A stretch of DNA of 64,000 nt. Origin: Vulcanimicrobiota bacterium (GTDB lineage: Bacteria > Vulcanimicrobiota > Vulcanimicrobiia > Eremiobacterales > Eremiobacteraceae). Position 1 is the stretch's first letter, and each line of letters opens with the position of its first letter. The notes below the pieces were generated by a model. The model had not been told where the DNA came from. It searched no databases and saw only the letters and a list, made by a program, of their open reading frames with translations. Of this stretch, positions 39,113 through 48,146 are shown piece by piece. The stretch is from assembly GCA_963805945.1 (NCBI GenBank), contig CAWDVP010000001.1:256001-320000 (forward strand). Reading direction: 5' to 3'. The position numbers were made by a program, and so were the translations under genes.

Positions 39113-40237
39113 CTACGACGTCGTGCGCGCGAAACGCATGCTCGCCACGACGATGAGCGCGGCGCCCAGCCCTACCATCGCCGCGACCTGCGGCCACAGC
39201 GCGTCGAGACCCGCACCGCGCAGCACGATGCCGCGCAATATCTCCAAGAAATAGGTCAGCGGGATGGCCAAGCCCACCCATTGCATCACCGTGGGCATGA
39301 GCTCGCGCTCGAAGAAGAATCCTGACAGCAATATGGACGGCATGGTCAGCGCGAAGGTCATCAACATCGCCTGCAGCTGCGTCTGCGCGATCGACGACAC
39401 CAGCAGGCCCAGCCCCAACGCAGCCATGAGGAAACACCCGCCCAGGCACAGCAGCAGCGGGATGCTGCCCGCGATCGGCACCTGGAAGATGAACACCATC
39501 GCCAGCAGCACGGCGATGAAGTCCACGAAGCCGATGCACGCGTAGGGCACGATCTTGCCCAGCATGAGCCCGGTGGAGCCGATCGGCGTCACGAGCAGCT
39601 GATCGAGCGTGCCGCGCTCGCGCTCGCCGACGATCGAGAGCGCCATGAGGAAGATCGTGATGACCTGCATGATGACGCCGATGAGCCCAGGCACGAGGAA
39701 GTTGGCGCTGCGCAGGCTGGGGTTGAAGAGCATGCGCGGCCGGACGTCGATGAGCGCCGCGCTCACCTGCCCGTGCGGGCCTAGTTGCGCGGACAGCGAT
39801 TGGCCGATGAGGCCGGCGGCGCCGAAGGCCTGCTGCGCGATCGACGAATCCGAGCCATCGATGAGGACCTGCAGTTGCGCGCTCTTGCCGCCGAGCACGT
39901 CTGCGGAGAAGTTCGGCGGGATGTCGATCGCCACGTGCACCTTGCCGGCGACGATCAGATCCTTGAGCTCCTGGCGCGAATGCGCCACGCGCACCAAGTC
40001 GAACTGCTGCGACGCGCGTAGCGCGTCGAGCGCGCGGATCGCCATCGGACCACGGTCCTCGTCGAAGTAGGCAGTGCGTATGTGTTCGACGCGGGTGTTG
40101 ATCGCATAGCCGAAGAGCAGCAGCTGGAACACCGGCAGGGCGATGGCGAGGATCAAGGTGGTGCGATCGCGCGTCACGTGGAGCCACTCTTTGTAGAGCA
40201 CCGCGGTGAAGCCGCGCAGGTCGAAGGCGCGTCTCAT
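39113..40237 (-). CDS. ABC-2 exporter permease (YbhS/YbhR-like)
   Basis: KEWLHVTRD, LFGYAIN, VPGLIG, GERERGTLDQLLVTP, LLSGF, PLTYF. Confidence 0.9.
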   Translation of the reverse strand: MRRAFDLRGFTAVLYKEWLHVTRDRTTLILAIALPVFQLLLFGYAINTRVEHIRTAYFDEDRGPMAIRALDALRASQQFDLVRVAHSRQELKDLIVAGKVHVAIDIPPNFSADVLGGKSAQLQVLIDGSDSSIAQQAFGAAGLIGQSLSAQLGPHGQVSAALIDVRPRMLFNPSLRSANFLVPGLIGVIMQVITIFLMALSIVGERERGTLDQLLVTPIGSTGLMLGKIVPYACIGFVDFIAVLLAMVFIFQVPIAGSIPLLLCLGGCFLMAALGLGLLVSSIAQTQLQAMLMTFALTMPSILLSGFFFERELMPTVMQWVGLAIPLTYFLEILRGIVLRGAGLDALWPQVAAMVGLGAALIVVASMRFARTTS

Positions 40238-41184
40238 GCCGCGTCGCGTTCCCGGGTGAGCGCGACGAACACATCTTCAAGCGACGGCTCGATGCGCTCG
40301 ATGCCCGCGATGCCGCAGCCGCTGCCCGCGAGATCCGCCTCGAGCCGTTGCGGGCTCACCTCCGCTCCGGTGACCAGGTGCAGGTCGCGGCCGAAGATCG
40401 TGACGTCCTTCACGTACGGCAGCGCCTTCGCCGCCGAGAATCCCGGCATCACGTTCTCGGTGTGCACCGCGTAGCGCACCGTGCCCGGCTGCTGGACGCC
40501 GGGCAGGCGCCGCAGCTCATCGAGCGTGCCGAGCGCGATCAGATCGCCGTTGAAGATGTAGCCGACGCGCGAACAGCGCTCCGCTTCATCCATATAGTGG
40601 GTCGTCACGAACAGCGTCACGCCCTGTTCTGCGAGCTGGAAGAGCAGGTCCCACAGGTCGCGGCGCGCCACCGGATCGATGCCGGCGGTCGGTTCGTCCA
40701 AGAAGAGGACTTGCGGCTCGTGCAGCAGTGCGGTCGCCAGCGCCAAGCGCTGCTTCCAGCCGCCCGACAGCTCGCGCGCGAGACGGTCCGCATATTCGCC
40801 GATGCCGGTGAGCGCGATGACGTCGCGCGCCCTGCTCGCGCGCCGCGCCGCATCCAATCCGTACGCCCGGCCGTAGAACTCGAGGTTCTCACGCACCGTC
40901 AAGTCGCCGTACAGCGAGAACTGCTGCGACATATAGCCGATCGCAGCGCGGACGCCGTCGCTCTCGCGCTCGACGTCGCAGCCGTCGACGCTGCCGCTGC
41001 CTGCGCTGGGCCGGACCAGCCCGCACAACATCTTGATCGTCGTCGACTTGCCGCTTCCGTTAGGCCCGAGAAAACCGAAGATCGATCCGCGCGCGACCTC
41101 GAAGCTGAGATCGCGCACCACGGTCTGCTCCCCGTAGCGTTTGGTCAGGCCGCGCAGGACGATGGCCGGCGCTTCGCTCACCAC
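40234..41184 (-). CDS. ABC transporter ATP-binding protein (YbhF-like)
   Basis: GPNGSGKST, LSGGWKQR, LFLDEPT, TTHYMDE. Confidence 0.95.
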   Translation of the reverse strand: MVSEAPAIVLRGLTKRYGEQTVVRDLSFEVARGSIFGFLGPNGSGKSTTIKMLCGLVRPSAGSGSVDGCDVERESDGVRAAIGYMSQQFSLYGDLTVRENLEFYGRAYGLDAARRASRARDVIALTGIGEYADRLARELSGGWKQRLALATALLHEPQVLFLDEPTAGIDPVARRDLWDLLFQLAEQGVTLFVTTHYMDEAERCSRVGYIFNGDLIALGTLDELRRLPGVQQPGTVRYAVHTENVMPGFSAAKALPYVKDVTIFGRDLHLVTGAEVSPQRLEADLAGSGCGIAGIERIEPSLEDVFVALTRERDAA

Positions 41185-42320
41185 GCGACGCTGACCGTGG
41201 TCCCCCCGCGCAGCACGCGATCGGGGTCGTGCACCCGTATCTTGACGCCGAAGACGAGGTCGCCGCGGTCCTCCGGGGTCTGCACGTCGCGCGGCGTGAA
41301 CTGCGCGCTGTCGTCGATGGACTCGACCGCGCCGGTGAACGTGCGGCCCGGCAGCGCATCGGATCTGACGTTCACGGCCTTCCCGACGTTGAGCCCCCCG
41401 AGCGCGGACTGCGGCACGTAGATGCGCACGAACGGATCGATGAACTCGTTCACCGTCGCCACCGCGGCGCCGGCCGTCACGAGATCGCCCGGGCGCAGAT
41501 TTAAGTTCTGGATCGTGCCGTCCTGCGGCGCGCGGACGGTCATCTCGACGAGTCGCGCGTTCGCCGCGGCGACGCCCGCGCGCGCCGTCGTCACCGCCGC
41601 TTGCGCTTGCGCGATCTGGTCGGGCCGCGTGCCGGCGGCGATGAGCGCCGCGTTTGCGGCGGCCGCTTCGTATGCTTGGCGTGCGGCGTCCACGCCCTGC
41701 GGCACCGAGCCCGACTGGGCGGCATCCAACTGCGCCTGCGCCACCGCAAGCGCCGCTTGCGCTTGCCGGTCGGCGGACACCGCCTGGTCGACCGCCTGCG
41801 CCGACGTGTAGCCCTTCGCGAAGAGCTCTTTGGCGCGCGTCGCGTTGTTCGACGCTTCGGCGGCTGCGGCTTTCGCTTGCTGCACTTGCTGTTTCGAAGC
41901 ATCGATCTGGTGCGGCGCGGTTATCTGAGCCTGCTGGTAGACGTGTTGCGCCTGCGCGGCCTGGGCTTGCGCTTTAGCCGTGTCAGCCGGCCGAGGTCCG
42001 CGCCGCAGATCATCGAGCGTCGACTGCGCCTGCATGAGCGCGCCCTGCGCCTGACCGAGCGCGGCGCGTTGATCTTTGTCATCGAAGCGGACCAGCACTT
42101 GGTCCTTGTGCACGCGCGCGCCGTCGCTCACGAGCACTGCGACGACACGGCCGCCGACGGTGCTGCCGACATCCGCCGACTCGGCCTGCAGCGTGCCGCT
42201 ATAGCCGCTCGCGTTGCGCCCGCAGGCAGAGAGGCACATCAGAATGGAGACGACGAGAAGACCCAGGGTCGCTCGGGCATTACGGGCTCGAGCACGACAA
42301 ACCGGCGCGCGACATGCCAT
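41178..42320 (-). CDS. HlyD/YbhG-family membrane fusion protein
   Basis: VGGRV, coiled-coil Ala/Gln region, VRAPQDG, QFTPRDVQT; start uncertain (ATG 42320). Confidence 0.88.
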   Translation of the reverse strand: MACRAPVCRARARNARATLGLLVVSILMCLSACGRNASGYSGTLQAESADVGSTVGGRVVAVLVSDGARVHKDQVLVRFDDKDQRAALGQAQGALMQAQSTLDDLRRGPRPADTAKAQAQAAQAQHVYQQAQITAPHQIDASKQQVQQAKAAAAEASNNATRAKELFAKGYTSAQAVDQAVSADRQAQAALAVAQAQLDAAQSGSVPQGVDAARQAYEAAAANAALIAAGTRPDQIAQAQAAVTTARAGVAAANARLVEMTVRAPQDGTIQNLNLRPGDLVTAGAAVATVNEFIDPFVRIYVPQSALGGLNVGKAVNVRSDALPGRTFTGAVESIDDSAQFTPRDVQTPEDRGDLVFGVKIRVHDPDRVLRGGTTVSVAW

Positions 42321-42325
42321 ACGGG

Positions 42326-43015
42326 CTAGATAGCCGAAAACGCCTCGTCGACCCTGCCGGCAAATCGCTCCCATGCGGCTTCGCCCGCGCCGGGTTGCGA
42401 CCGTTGTCCCCAGCACCCGATCACGTCATCCATGTCTTGGGACGAGAGGCCGCGTTCTAGCTCCTCGAGCGTGGCATAACGAGCGGACAAGAATTGGAAG
42501 AACTCTCGAGGGGCGCGCATCTCGCCGCGCGGCGTCGCGACGGCGACGTCGTTCCAGTGTCGCACGACGGTGGCGTACAGCGCCCACTCCATGTGGCTGC
42601 GCAGCAGCAGCTTCCTCCACATGGAGAGATCGAGCGCGGCGCCGTTCCACGATCCCTTCGGACAGACGACCTCTTCGCGAAACGTCACCGAGCCGTGCAC
42701 CAGCATCGCGGGAAAGACGCGACATTCGGCCGGCCTGTGCGGATAGATGTCACACAGGCTGATGCCGCCGATATCGGCGAGAAACGTGCACCGGGTGCCG
42801 TCCGAAGCCTCGCGCCGGGCGAGCACCAATGCGAACGTCGCCGTGTCGGCGCCGAGCCGGAAGCCGGCCGGGGTGGGCGCTGCCTCTTGCCCGATCACGA
42901 CGAACTTCTCCGGTGCGAGGCGCAGCGCCGACGCGATGCGCCGCACATCGTGACCGTTGAGGTTGACGGCGTAGCGCTTGCAGCACTGGCCGACGCAGGA
43001 TCCACACGGCTGCAT
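42326..43015 (-). CDS. YkgJ family (CxxCxxxCC) cysteine-cluster protein
   Basis: CGSCVGQCC, CTFL, CDIYPHRPAECRVFP. Confidence 0.82.
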   Translation of the reverse strand: MQPCGSCVGQCCKRYAVNLNGHDVRRIASALRLAPEKFVVIGQEAAPTPAGFRLGADTATFALVLARREASDGTRCTFLADIGGISLCDIYPHRPAECRVFPAMLVHGSVTFREEVVCPKGSWNGAALDLSMWRKLLLRSHMEWALYATVVRHWNDVAVATPRGEMRAPREFFQFLSARYATLEELERGLSSQDMDDVIGCWGQRSQPGAGEAAWERFAGRVDEAFSAI

Positions 43016-43078
43016 CGGGCCGAAGGTTCCGCTGCGTCGCGGCAGGGGCCTCCGCGCGTCGGTGGAACGCTTCGCCTC

Positions 43079-43759
43079 ATGCGTACATCACATTCCGCCC
43101 TCATCGCGGCTGTGGCCGCTTGTCTGCTCGCCCCTTCGCTCGCGCGTGCCGCCGACAAGACGCCCGCGCCGCCGCCGACGCCCGCGCCGGCGATGACCGC
43201 CGCCGAGACGCAGTTCGTCACGAAAGTCACGACGGATCTGCAGCATCGCTTCGCGACCACCGCCGCCGCTGCCGCAGCGGGCTACTTCCGCTATACGGAC
43301 GAGGATGACACCGGCGCCATCAGCTGGGTCAACACGTCCGATTGGAAGAGCGACGCGCAACATCCGAGCCAGCTCTGGTACGATGTGAACGGCCGGCTCA
43401 TCGGCGCCGACTTCTCCACCCCCAAGACCGACGCACGGCCGTCGCTGTGGGGCATCTCCCCGAGCCGCTGGATCGATTTCGAGGCGCACGCCCACTTCGG
43501 CGTGAAAACGCCGACGGGCGTGACGTATGGCGGATGGGGTTCCAAGACCGCGGCGAAATTCGGCGTGACGATCAGCGACCCGACGGCTGCCGACGTGGTG
43601 AAGATCGGCAAGGCCAAGAGCGCCGCCGACGTCGCTTTTGTCTTCCCGTTCCCGGCGCTGTGGGATCTGCAGATATGGCTCGTGCCGAATCCGCTCGGGG
43701 TGTTCGCCGAGCACAACCCCAGCGTGACGCCAAGCCCCAACGCCAAGATGGAGATGTAG
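43079..43759 (+). CDS. Secreted hypothetical protein
   Basis: Signal peptide (ARA/AD), AAAAGYFRY, PSQLWYD, WLVPNPLGVFAEHNP. Confidence 0.7.
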   Translation: MRTSHSALIAAVAACLLAPSLARAADKTPAPPPTPAPAMTAAETQFVTKVTTDLQHRFATTAAAAAAGYFRYTDEDDTGAISWVNTSDWKSDAQHPSQLWYDVNGRLIGADFSTPKTDARPSLWGISPSRWIDFEAHAHFGVKTPTGVTYGGWGSKTAAKFGVTISDPTAADVVKIGKAKSAADVAFVFPFPALWDLQIWLVPNPLGVFAEHNPSVTPSPNAKMEM

Positions 43760-43773
43760 TGCCCAAACGGGTT

Positions 43774-43797
43774 GTAGTACCCGAGCGAAGCTCGGGG
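43774..43797 (+). repeat. REP family C
   Basis: GTAGTACCCGAGCGAAGCTCGGGG. Confidence 0.75.
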
Positions 43798-43806
43798 ATC
43801 TAGACG

Positions 43807-43832
43807 AGAAGCGCGCCAGGTGGCGCGCTTCT
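43807..43832. terminator. Probable bidirectional intrinsic terminator
   Basis: AGAAGCGCGCCA-GG-TGGCGCGCTTCT hairpin between convergent ORFs. Confidence 0.6.
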
Positions 43833-43833
43833 T

Positions 43834-43926
43834 CTATTCGGCTTCGGCTGCGGGGAGCCGCCTGCCCGACGCCAGCCAGCCTGCGACGAGCAAGGCGAAT
43901 GCGGCGAATGAGGCGATCAATTCCAT
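43834..43926 (-). CDS. Small membrane protein, 30 aa (MELIASFAAFALLVAGWLASGRRLPAAEAE), absent from the ORF track
   Basis: TATGAT -10 located 6 nt before ATG (leaderless), one TM helix, stop directly before hairpin. Confidence 0.55.
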   Translation of the reverse strand: MELIASFAAFALLVAGWLASGRRLPAAEAE

Positions 43927-44019
43927 GGCCCCATCATAGCGGCGTTGCCCGCCGCCGGCTATGTGCACGTGTCGCACGATCGCCGGACGCGCTTCTACAG
44001 AGGGCCGGCTCCGCGTGGC

Positions 44020-45270
44020 CTAGAGCTGGTAGGCGACCTCGGCATGCTGCGAGACGTCGAGGCCACGCTCTTCCTCGCCTTGCGACACGCGCAGCGGCAC
44101 GATGCGTTCGACGGCCTTGAGGATGAGGAACGTCATCCCGCCCGAGTAGACCCACGACACCGCCACCGCGAGCGCCTGCACCGCCAACTGGTGGGGATTC
44201 CCCGCGAAAAGACCGTTCGCTCCGGCCGCGTTCACCGCCACTGTGGCGAATAGGCCGGTGGCGATCGCGCCCCAGGTCCCGCCCACGCCGTGAACCGCCC
44301 ACACATCGAGGGAGTCGTCGACGCTGTGCATGCGCTCGCGCCATTGGATCGCCAAATAGCAGACGATGCCGGCGCCGAAACCGATGAGGATCGCGCCGAG
44401 CGACGTCACGTAGCCGCACGCGGGCGTGATGGCGACGAGCCCCGCGACCGCTCCGGCGGTCGCGCCGAGCACGCTCGGCGTGCCCTTGCGCCACCAATGG
44501 ATCGTCATCCAGGTGAGCGCCGCCATCGCGGCCGCGAGGTTGGTGGAGACGAACGCGCTCGCCGCCAATCCGCCTGCCGAAAGCGCTGAACCCGCGTTGA
44601 AGCCGAACCATCCGAACCAGACCAGCACGCCGCCCAGGACGACGAGCGTCATGTTATGGGGCTCGGTGTTGCGGTCAGGCGCGACGCCGATGCGCCGGCC
44701 CAACACGAACGCCGCCACAAGCGCCGAGACGCCCGACGTGATGTGCACGACCGTGCCTCCGGCGAAATCCAGGGTGCCCAGCTTGTTGAGCCACCCGCCC
44801 TGGCCCCAGACCCAATGCGCGATGGGATCGTAGACGAACGTCGCCCACAGCAGCGTGAAGAGCACGAACGCCTTGAAGTGCTTGCGCTCCGCGAAACCGC
44901 CCGAGATCAGCGCCGGCGTGATCACGGCGAACATCATCTGGAACACGCAAAACGCGAGGTGCGGGATCGTCGGCGCGTACGACGAGGGGGTTTGCCCGAC
45001 GCCTTGCAGCCCGAGCCATTGCAGCCCCCCGATGATCCCGTGGAACGAACCGAGGAAATTGGCGTCGGGGCCGAACGCCAGCGTGTAGCCCCATAGCGCC
45101 CATTGGATGCTGATAAGGCATAGGATGAAGAAGCTGTGCATGAGCGTCGCGAGCGCGTTCTTGCGCCGGACGAGGCCGCCGTAGAAAAAGCCGACCGCGG
45201 GGGTCATGAGCATGACCAACGCGGCGGAAGCGAGCACCCAAGCGGTGTCGCCGGCGCTGATTGCGTGCAT
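44020..45270 (-). CDS. amtB: Ammonium transporter
   Basis: GDTAWVL, FYGGLVRRKN, FQMMFAVIT, DFAGGTVVH, WFGWFGFNAGS, DDSLDVWAVHGVGG; AAGGAGG SD. Confidence 0.97.
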   Translation of the reverse strand: MHAISAGDTAWVLASAALVMLMTPAVGFFYGGLVRRKNALATLMHSFFILCLISIQWALWGYTLAFGPDANFLGSFHGIIGGLQWLGLQGVGQTPSSYAPTIPHLAFCVFQMMFAVITPALISGGFAERKHFKAFVLFTLLWATFVYDPIAHWVWGQGGWLNKLGTLDFAGGTVVHITSGVSALVAAFVLGRRIGVAPDRNTEPHNMTLVVLGGVLVWFGWFGFNAGSALSAGGLAASAFVSTNLAAAMAALTWMTIHWWRKGTPSVLGATAGAVAGLVAITPACGYVTSLGAILIGFGAGIVCYLAIQWRERMHSVDDSLDVWAVHGVGGTWGAIATGLFATVAVNAAGANGLFAGNPHQLAVQALAVAVSWVYSGGMTFLILKAVERIVPLRVSQGEEERGLDVSQHAEVAYQL

Positions 45271-45423
45271 CGGCGCGACCTCCTTGGGACCACAGTATAG
45301 CGCGGCGCGCGACGAAATGCTTTCGACGAATGTCGAAGCGTGCAGCGCGACATGCAGCCACTTGTCTACTCGAGAGACCCGCAGGACGAGGTCGCCCCGG
45401 CGAGCACCGCCAAAGCGACCGGT

Positions 45424-46998
45424 ATGCGACCGCTCGTGCTCGTGGCAGAACCGCTCGCCGTAGAAGGCATCGCCGTCCTGCGCGAGGGCGGCGTCGAGGT
45501 GCGCGAAGCATTCGACCAGTCGAGGAGCGCCCTGAAGGCGCTGCTGCACGATGCGCACGCGCTGATCGTGCGCAGCAAGACGACCGTGGACGCCGACATG
45601 CTCGACGGCGCCCCATCGCTGCGCGTCGTCGGCCGAGCGGGCGTCGGAGTGGACGCGATCGATGTCGTGGCCGCCACGCGCGCCGGCATCGTGGTGCTCA
45701 ACACGCCGGATGCGAGCACGCTGGCGACGGCAGAGCACACCATGGCCGTCTTGCTGGCGCTCTGCCGCAACGTGAGCGCCGGTCACGCGCGCGTGCTCGC
45801 CGGGCAATGGAGCGCCAAAGGACTCATCGGAACCGAACTCGCGGGTAAGACCCTCGGTATCGTCGGGCTCGGTCGCATCGGCGCGGCCGTCGCCGCGCGT
45901 GCGCGCGCGTTCGCCATGAACGTGCTGGCGCACGACGCCTTCGTCAGCGAGGCGCGGGCCGAGTCTCTCGGCGCACGGCTCGTGCCCTTGGACGAATTGT
46001 TGAAGCGCGCTGATTTCGTGACGCTGCACGCGCCGCTCACGCCGCAGACGCAGGGTCTCATTGGCGCCGATCAGCTTGCGCTGATGAAACCCGCCGCGCG
46101 GCTCGTCAACTGTGCGCGCGGCGGCTTGGTCGTCGAGGAAGCGCTGCTCGCCGCCCTCGACGCAGGCACGATCGCCGGTGCGGCGCTCGATGTCGTCCGT
46201 GACGAACCGCCGCCGCCCGGGCATCCTGTGTGGCGGCTGCTGCAACACCCACACGTCTTCGCGACGCCGCACCTCGCGGGCTCGACCCACGAGGCGCAAG
46301 CACGCATCGCCGCCGACCTGTGCCGCGACGTCGTCGCCGTGCTCTGCGGCCAACCGCCGTCGGCGGCCGTCAATGCGCCGGTCGCCGCATCGCTGGAGGC
46401 GCGACCGTTCGTGGAGCTTGCGCATGCCCTTGGTCGCGCGTACCCGCAGCTCTCGCACGAGCCGGCGCTGCCCGCGTTCTCGTTGGTGCTCGAGGGCGAG
46501 TTGGCCGCGCACAATCCTCGCCCGTTCGCCGCCGCGTTCCTCCACGGGCTGCTCGGAAACGTGACCGACCGGCGCGTCTCGTCGGTCAACGCCGAGCAGG
46601 TCGCTGCCGAGATGGGCATCGCGCTCGAGATCTTGAGCGCGCCGTGCGAGCGGGGTTTCGCGCGCGCGCTGCTCGTGCGCGGCGGCAAGACGGCGCTTGC
46701 GGGCACGGTGGTGCACGGCGCGCAGCTGCGCATGGTCGAGATCGACGGTTTCGAGGTCGATTGCGCGCCGCAGGGCCACTCCATCGTGACGCGCCATCCC
46801 GACGTCCCCGGCATCGTGGGCAAGGCGGGCACGATACTCGGCGACGCTGCGATGAATATCTCGACGATGAACGTCGCCCGCCGCGAGGACGGAGAGGCGC
46901 TCATGCTGCTCGCGGTCGATCGGGCGCCGCCCGAATCCGTGCTCGCCGAACTGCGGCGCATCGCGGGCATGCGTGATGTCCGGGGCATCGAGCTGTGA
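45424..46998 (+). CDS. serA: D-3-phosphoglycerate dehydrogenase (long form with ASB and ACT domains)
   Basis: GRAGVGVD, GKTLGIVGLGRIG, NCARGG, TPHLAGST.EAQ, C-terminal DVPGIVG...NISTMNV. Confidence 0.92.
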   Translation: MRPLVLVAEPLAVEGIAVLREGGVEVREAFDQSRSALKALLHDAHALIVRSKTTVDADMLDGAPSLRVVGRAGVGVDAIDVVAATRAGIVVLNTPDASTLATAEHTMAVLLALCRNVSAGHARVLAGQWSAKGLIGTELAGKTLGIVGLGRIGAAVAARARAFAMNVLAHDAFVSEARAESLGARLVPLDELLKRADFVTLHAPLTPQTQGLIGADQLALMKPAARLVNCARGGLVVEEALLAALDAGTIAGAALDVVRDEPPPPGHPVWRLLQHPHVFATPHLAGSTHEAQARIAADLCRDVVAVLCGQPPSAAVNAPVAASLEARPFVELAHALGRAYPQLSHEPALPAFSLVLEGELAAHNPRPFAAAFLHGLLGNVTDRRVSSVNAEQVAAEMGIALEILSAPCERGFARALLVRGGKTALAGTVVHGAQLRMVEIDGFEVDCAPQGHSIVTRHPDVPGIVGKAGTILGDAAMNISTMNVARREDGEALMLLAVDRAPPESVLAELRRIAGMRDVRGIEL

Positions 46999-47627
46999 CG
47001 CTGTACTTCGTGCGCCACGGCGAATCGACGTGGAACGTCGAGGGCCGTTTCCAGGGCAGGCGCGACGTGCCGCTCTCGCCGCTCGGTATGCGCCAGGCGG
47101 AGGCCGTAGCCGCTGTCATGGCGTCGACCGAGCATCCGCGCGCCATCGTGTCCAGCCCGCTGCAACGCGCCCGGCGCACCGCCGAAGCGATCGGCGCCGC
47201 GTGCGGGCTGCCGATCGATATCGACGACCGTTTGATGGAGATCTCGCACGGGGCGTGGGAAGGATTGCTCGAGGGCGAAGTCGCTCGCCGCTGGCCGATC
47301 ATGGTGGAGCAGTGGCACACGTCGCCGGCGACGGTGGAATTTCCCGACGGCGAGTCGCTGCTGCAGGTCCGCACCCGCTTCGAGTCCTTCCTCGGCGAGG
47401 CGCAGGCGTATGCCTCACCGCTCGTCGTGTGCACGCACGATGTGATCGTGCGTCTGGCGTCGCTCTGGGCGTCGCACCAGCCGATCGAACGTTTCTTCGC
47501 GATGAAGACCGAGAATGCGGCGATCACCGAGATCCGATGGGAAGAGGGCGTGCCGCGACTGGCGCGCCACAACGACGCCGGCCATCTCGGTGGGCTTCGC
47601 AGCGATTTGGCGCGCCAAGCGCTCTGA
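46995..47627 (+). CDS. Histidine phosphatase family protein (possible phosphoserine phosphatase)
   Basis: VRHGESTWN, SSPLQRA, EISHGAWEG, THD, HNDAGHL; GTGA-coupled to serA. Confidence 0.85.
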   Translation: MTLYFVRHGESTWNVEGRFQGRRDVPLSPLGMRQAEAVAAVMASTEHPRAIVSSPLQRARRTAEAIGAACGLPIDIDDRLMEISHGAWEGLLEGEVARRWPIMVEQWHTSPATVEFPDGESLLQVRTRFESFLGEAQAYASPLVVCTHDVIVRLASLWASHQPIERFFAMKTENAAITEIRWEEGVPRLARHNDAGHLGGLRSDLARQAL

Positions 47628-47643
47628 CGCCGGCACGGTCAAT

Positions 47644-47669
47644 GTAGGGGTCGACCTTTAGGTCGGCCC
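47644..47669 (+). repeat. REP family A
   Basis: GTAGGGGTCGACCTTTAGGTCGGCCC. Confidence 0.8.
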
Positions 47670-47671
47670 TT

Positions 47672-47738
47672 ATTAATTCCTTAGTTGACAAGGCCGTCTC
47701 GGCTATAGTAGAGTATCCCCAACTACTAATTCCTTAAT
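47672..47738 (+). promoter_or_regulatory. sigma70 promoter flanked by two ACTAA-N4-TTAGT-like operators
   Basis: TTGACA 47685-47690, TAGAGT 47709-47714; ATTAATTCCTTAGT 47672-47685 and ACTAATTCCTTAAT 47725-47738. Confidence 0.6.
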
Positions 47739-47759
47739 ATCCTAGTGGGGTGCCGCGCG

Positions 47760-48146
47760 TTGGCTCGCAAGAAGTCGCCGATCCTCACCGAGGCGGAGTT
47801 GCGTCTCATGTCGGTCCTGTGGGATCGGCAGAGCGCGACCGTGGGCGAGGTCCTCGCAGGTCTCACCGGTGACACGGCGCTCGCCTACAGCACCGTGCTC
47901 ACAACCCTTAGAATCCTCGAGCAAAAAGGCTACGTCGCGCACTCCGAGTCCGGGCGCGCCTTCGTCTATCGCCCGCTGATCGATCGCGACGAGGCGCGGC
48001 GCAGCGCCACGCAGCAGTTGGTGCGCCGCTTCTTCGACAACTCGCCCGGGCTCTTGGCGTTGAGCCTGCTCGAGGGGGAAGACCTCGACGAAGCCGAGCT
48101 CGCGCGGCTCAAAGCCTTGATCGAGCGCGCCACGGAGGACGTATGA
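47760..48146 (+). CDS. BlaI/MecI/CopY family repressor
   Basis: LTEAELRLMSVLW, LAYSTVLTTLRILEQKG, RAFVYRP, RFFDNS; TTG start. Confidence 0.93.
   Translation: MARKKSPILTEAELRLMSVLWDRQSATVGEVLAGLTGDTALAYSTVLTTLRILEQKGYVAHSESGRAFVYRPLIDRDEARRSATQQLVRRFFDNSPGLLALSLLEGEDLDEAELARLKALIERATEDV

Noticed and set aside
45309..45420. Possible riboswitch between amtB and serA
   Set aside because: Only a short GCTTTCGAC/GTCGAAGC hairpin; no conserved aptamer core recognised.
45271..46797. N-terminal extension of the 925-aa amtB ORF
   Set aside because: Antisense to serA; the amtB start with a strong SD is at 45270.
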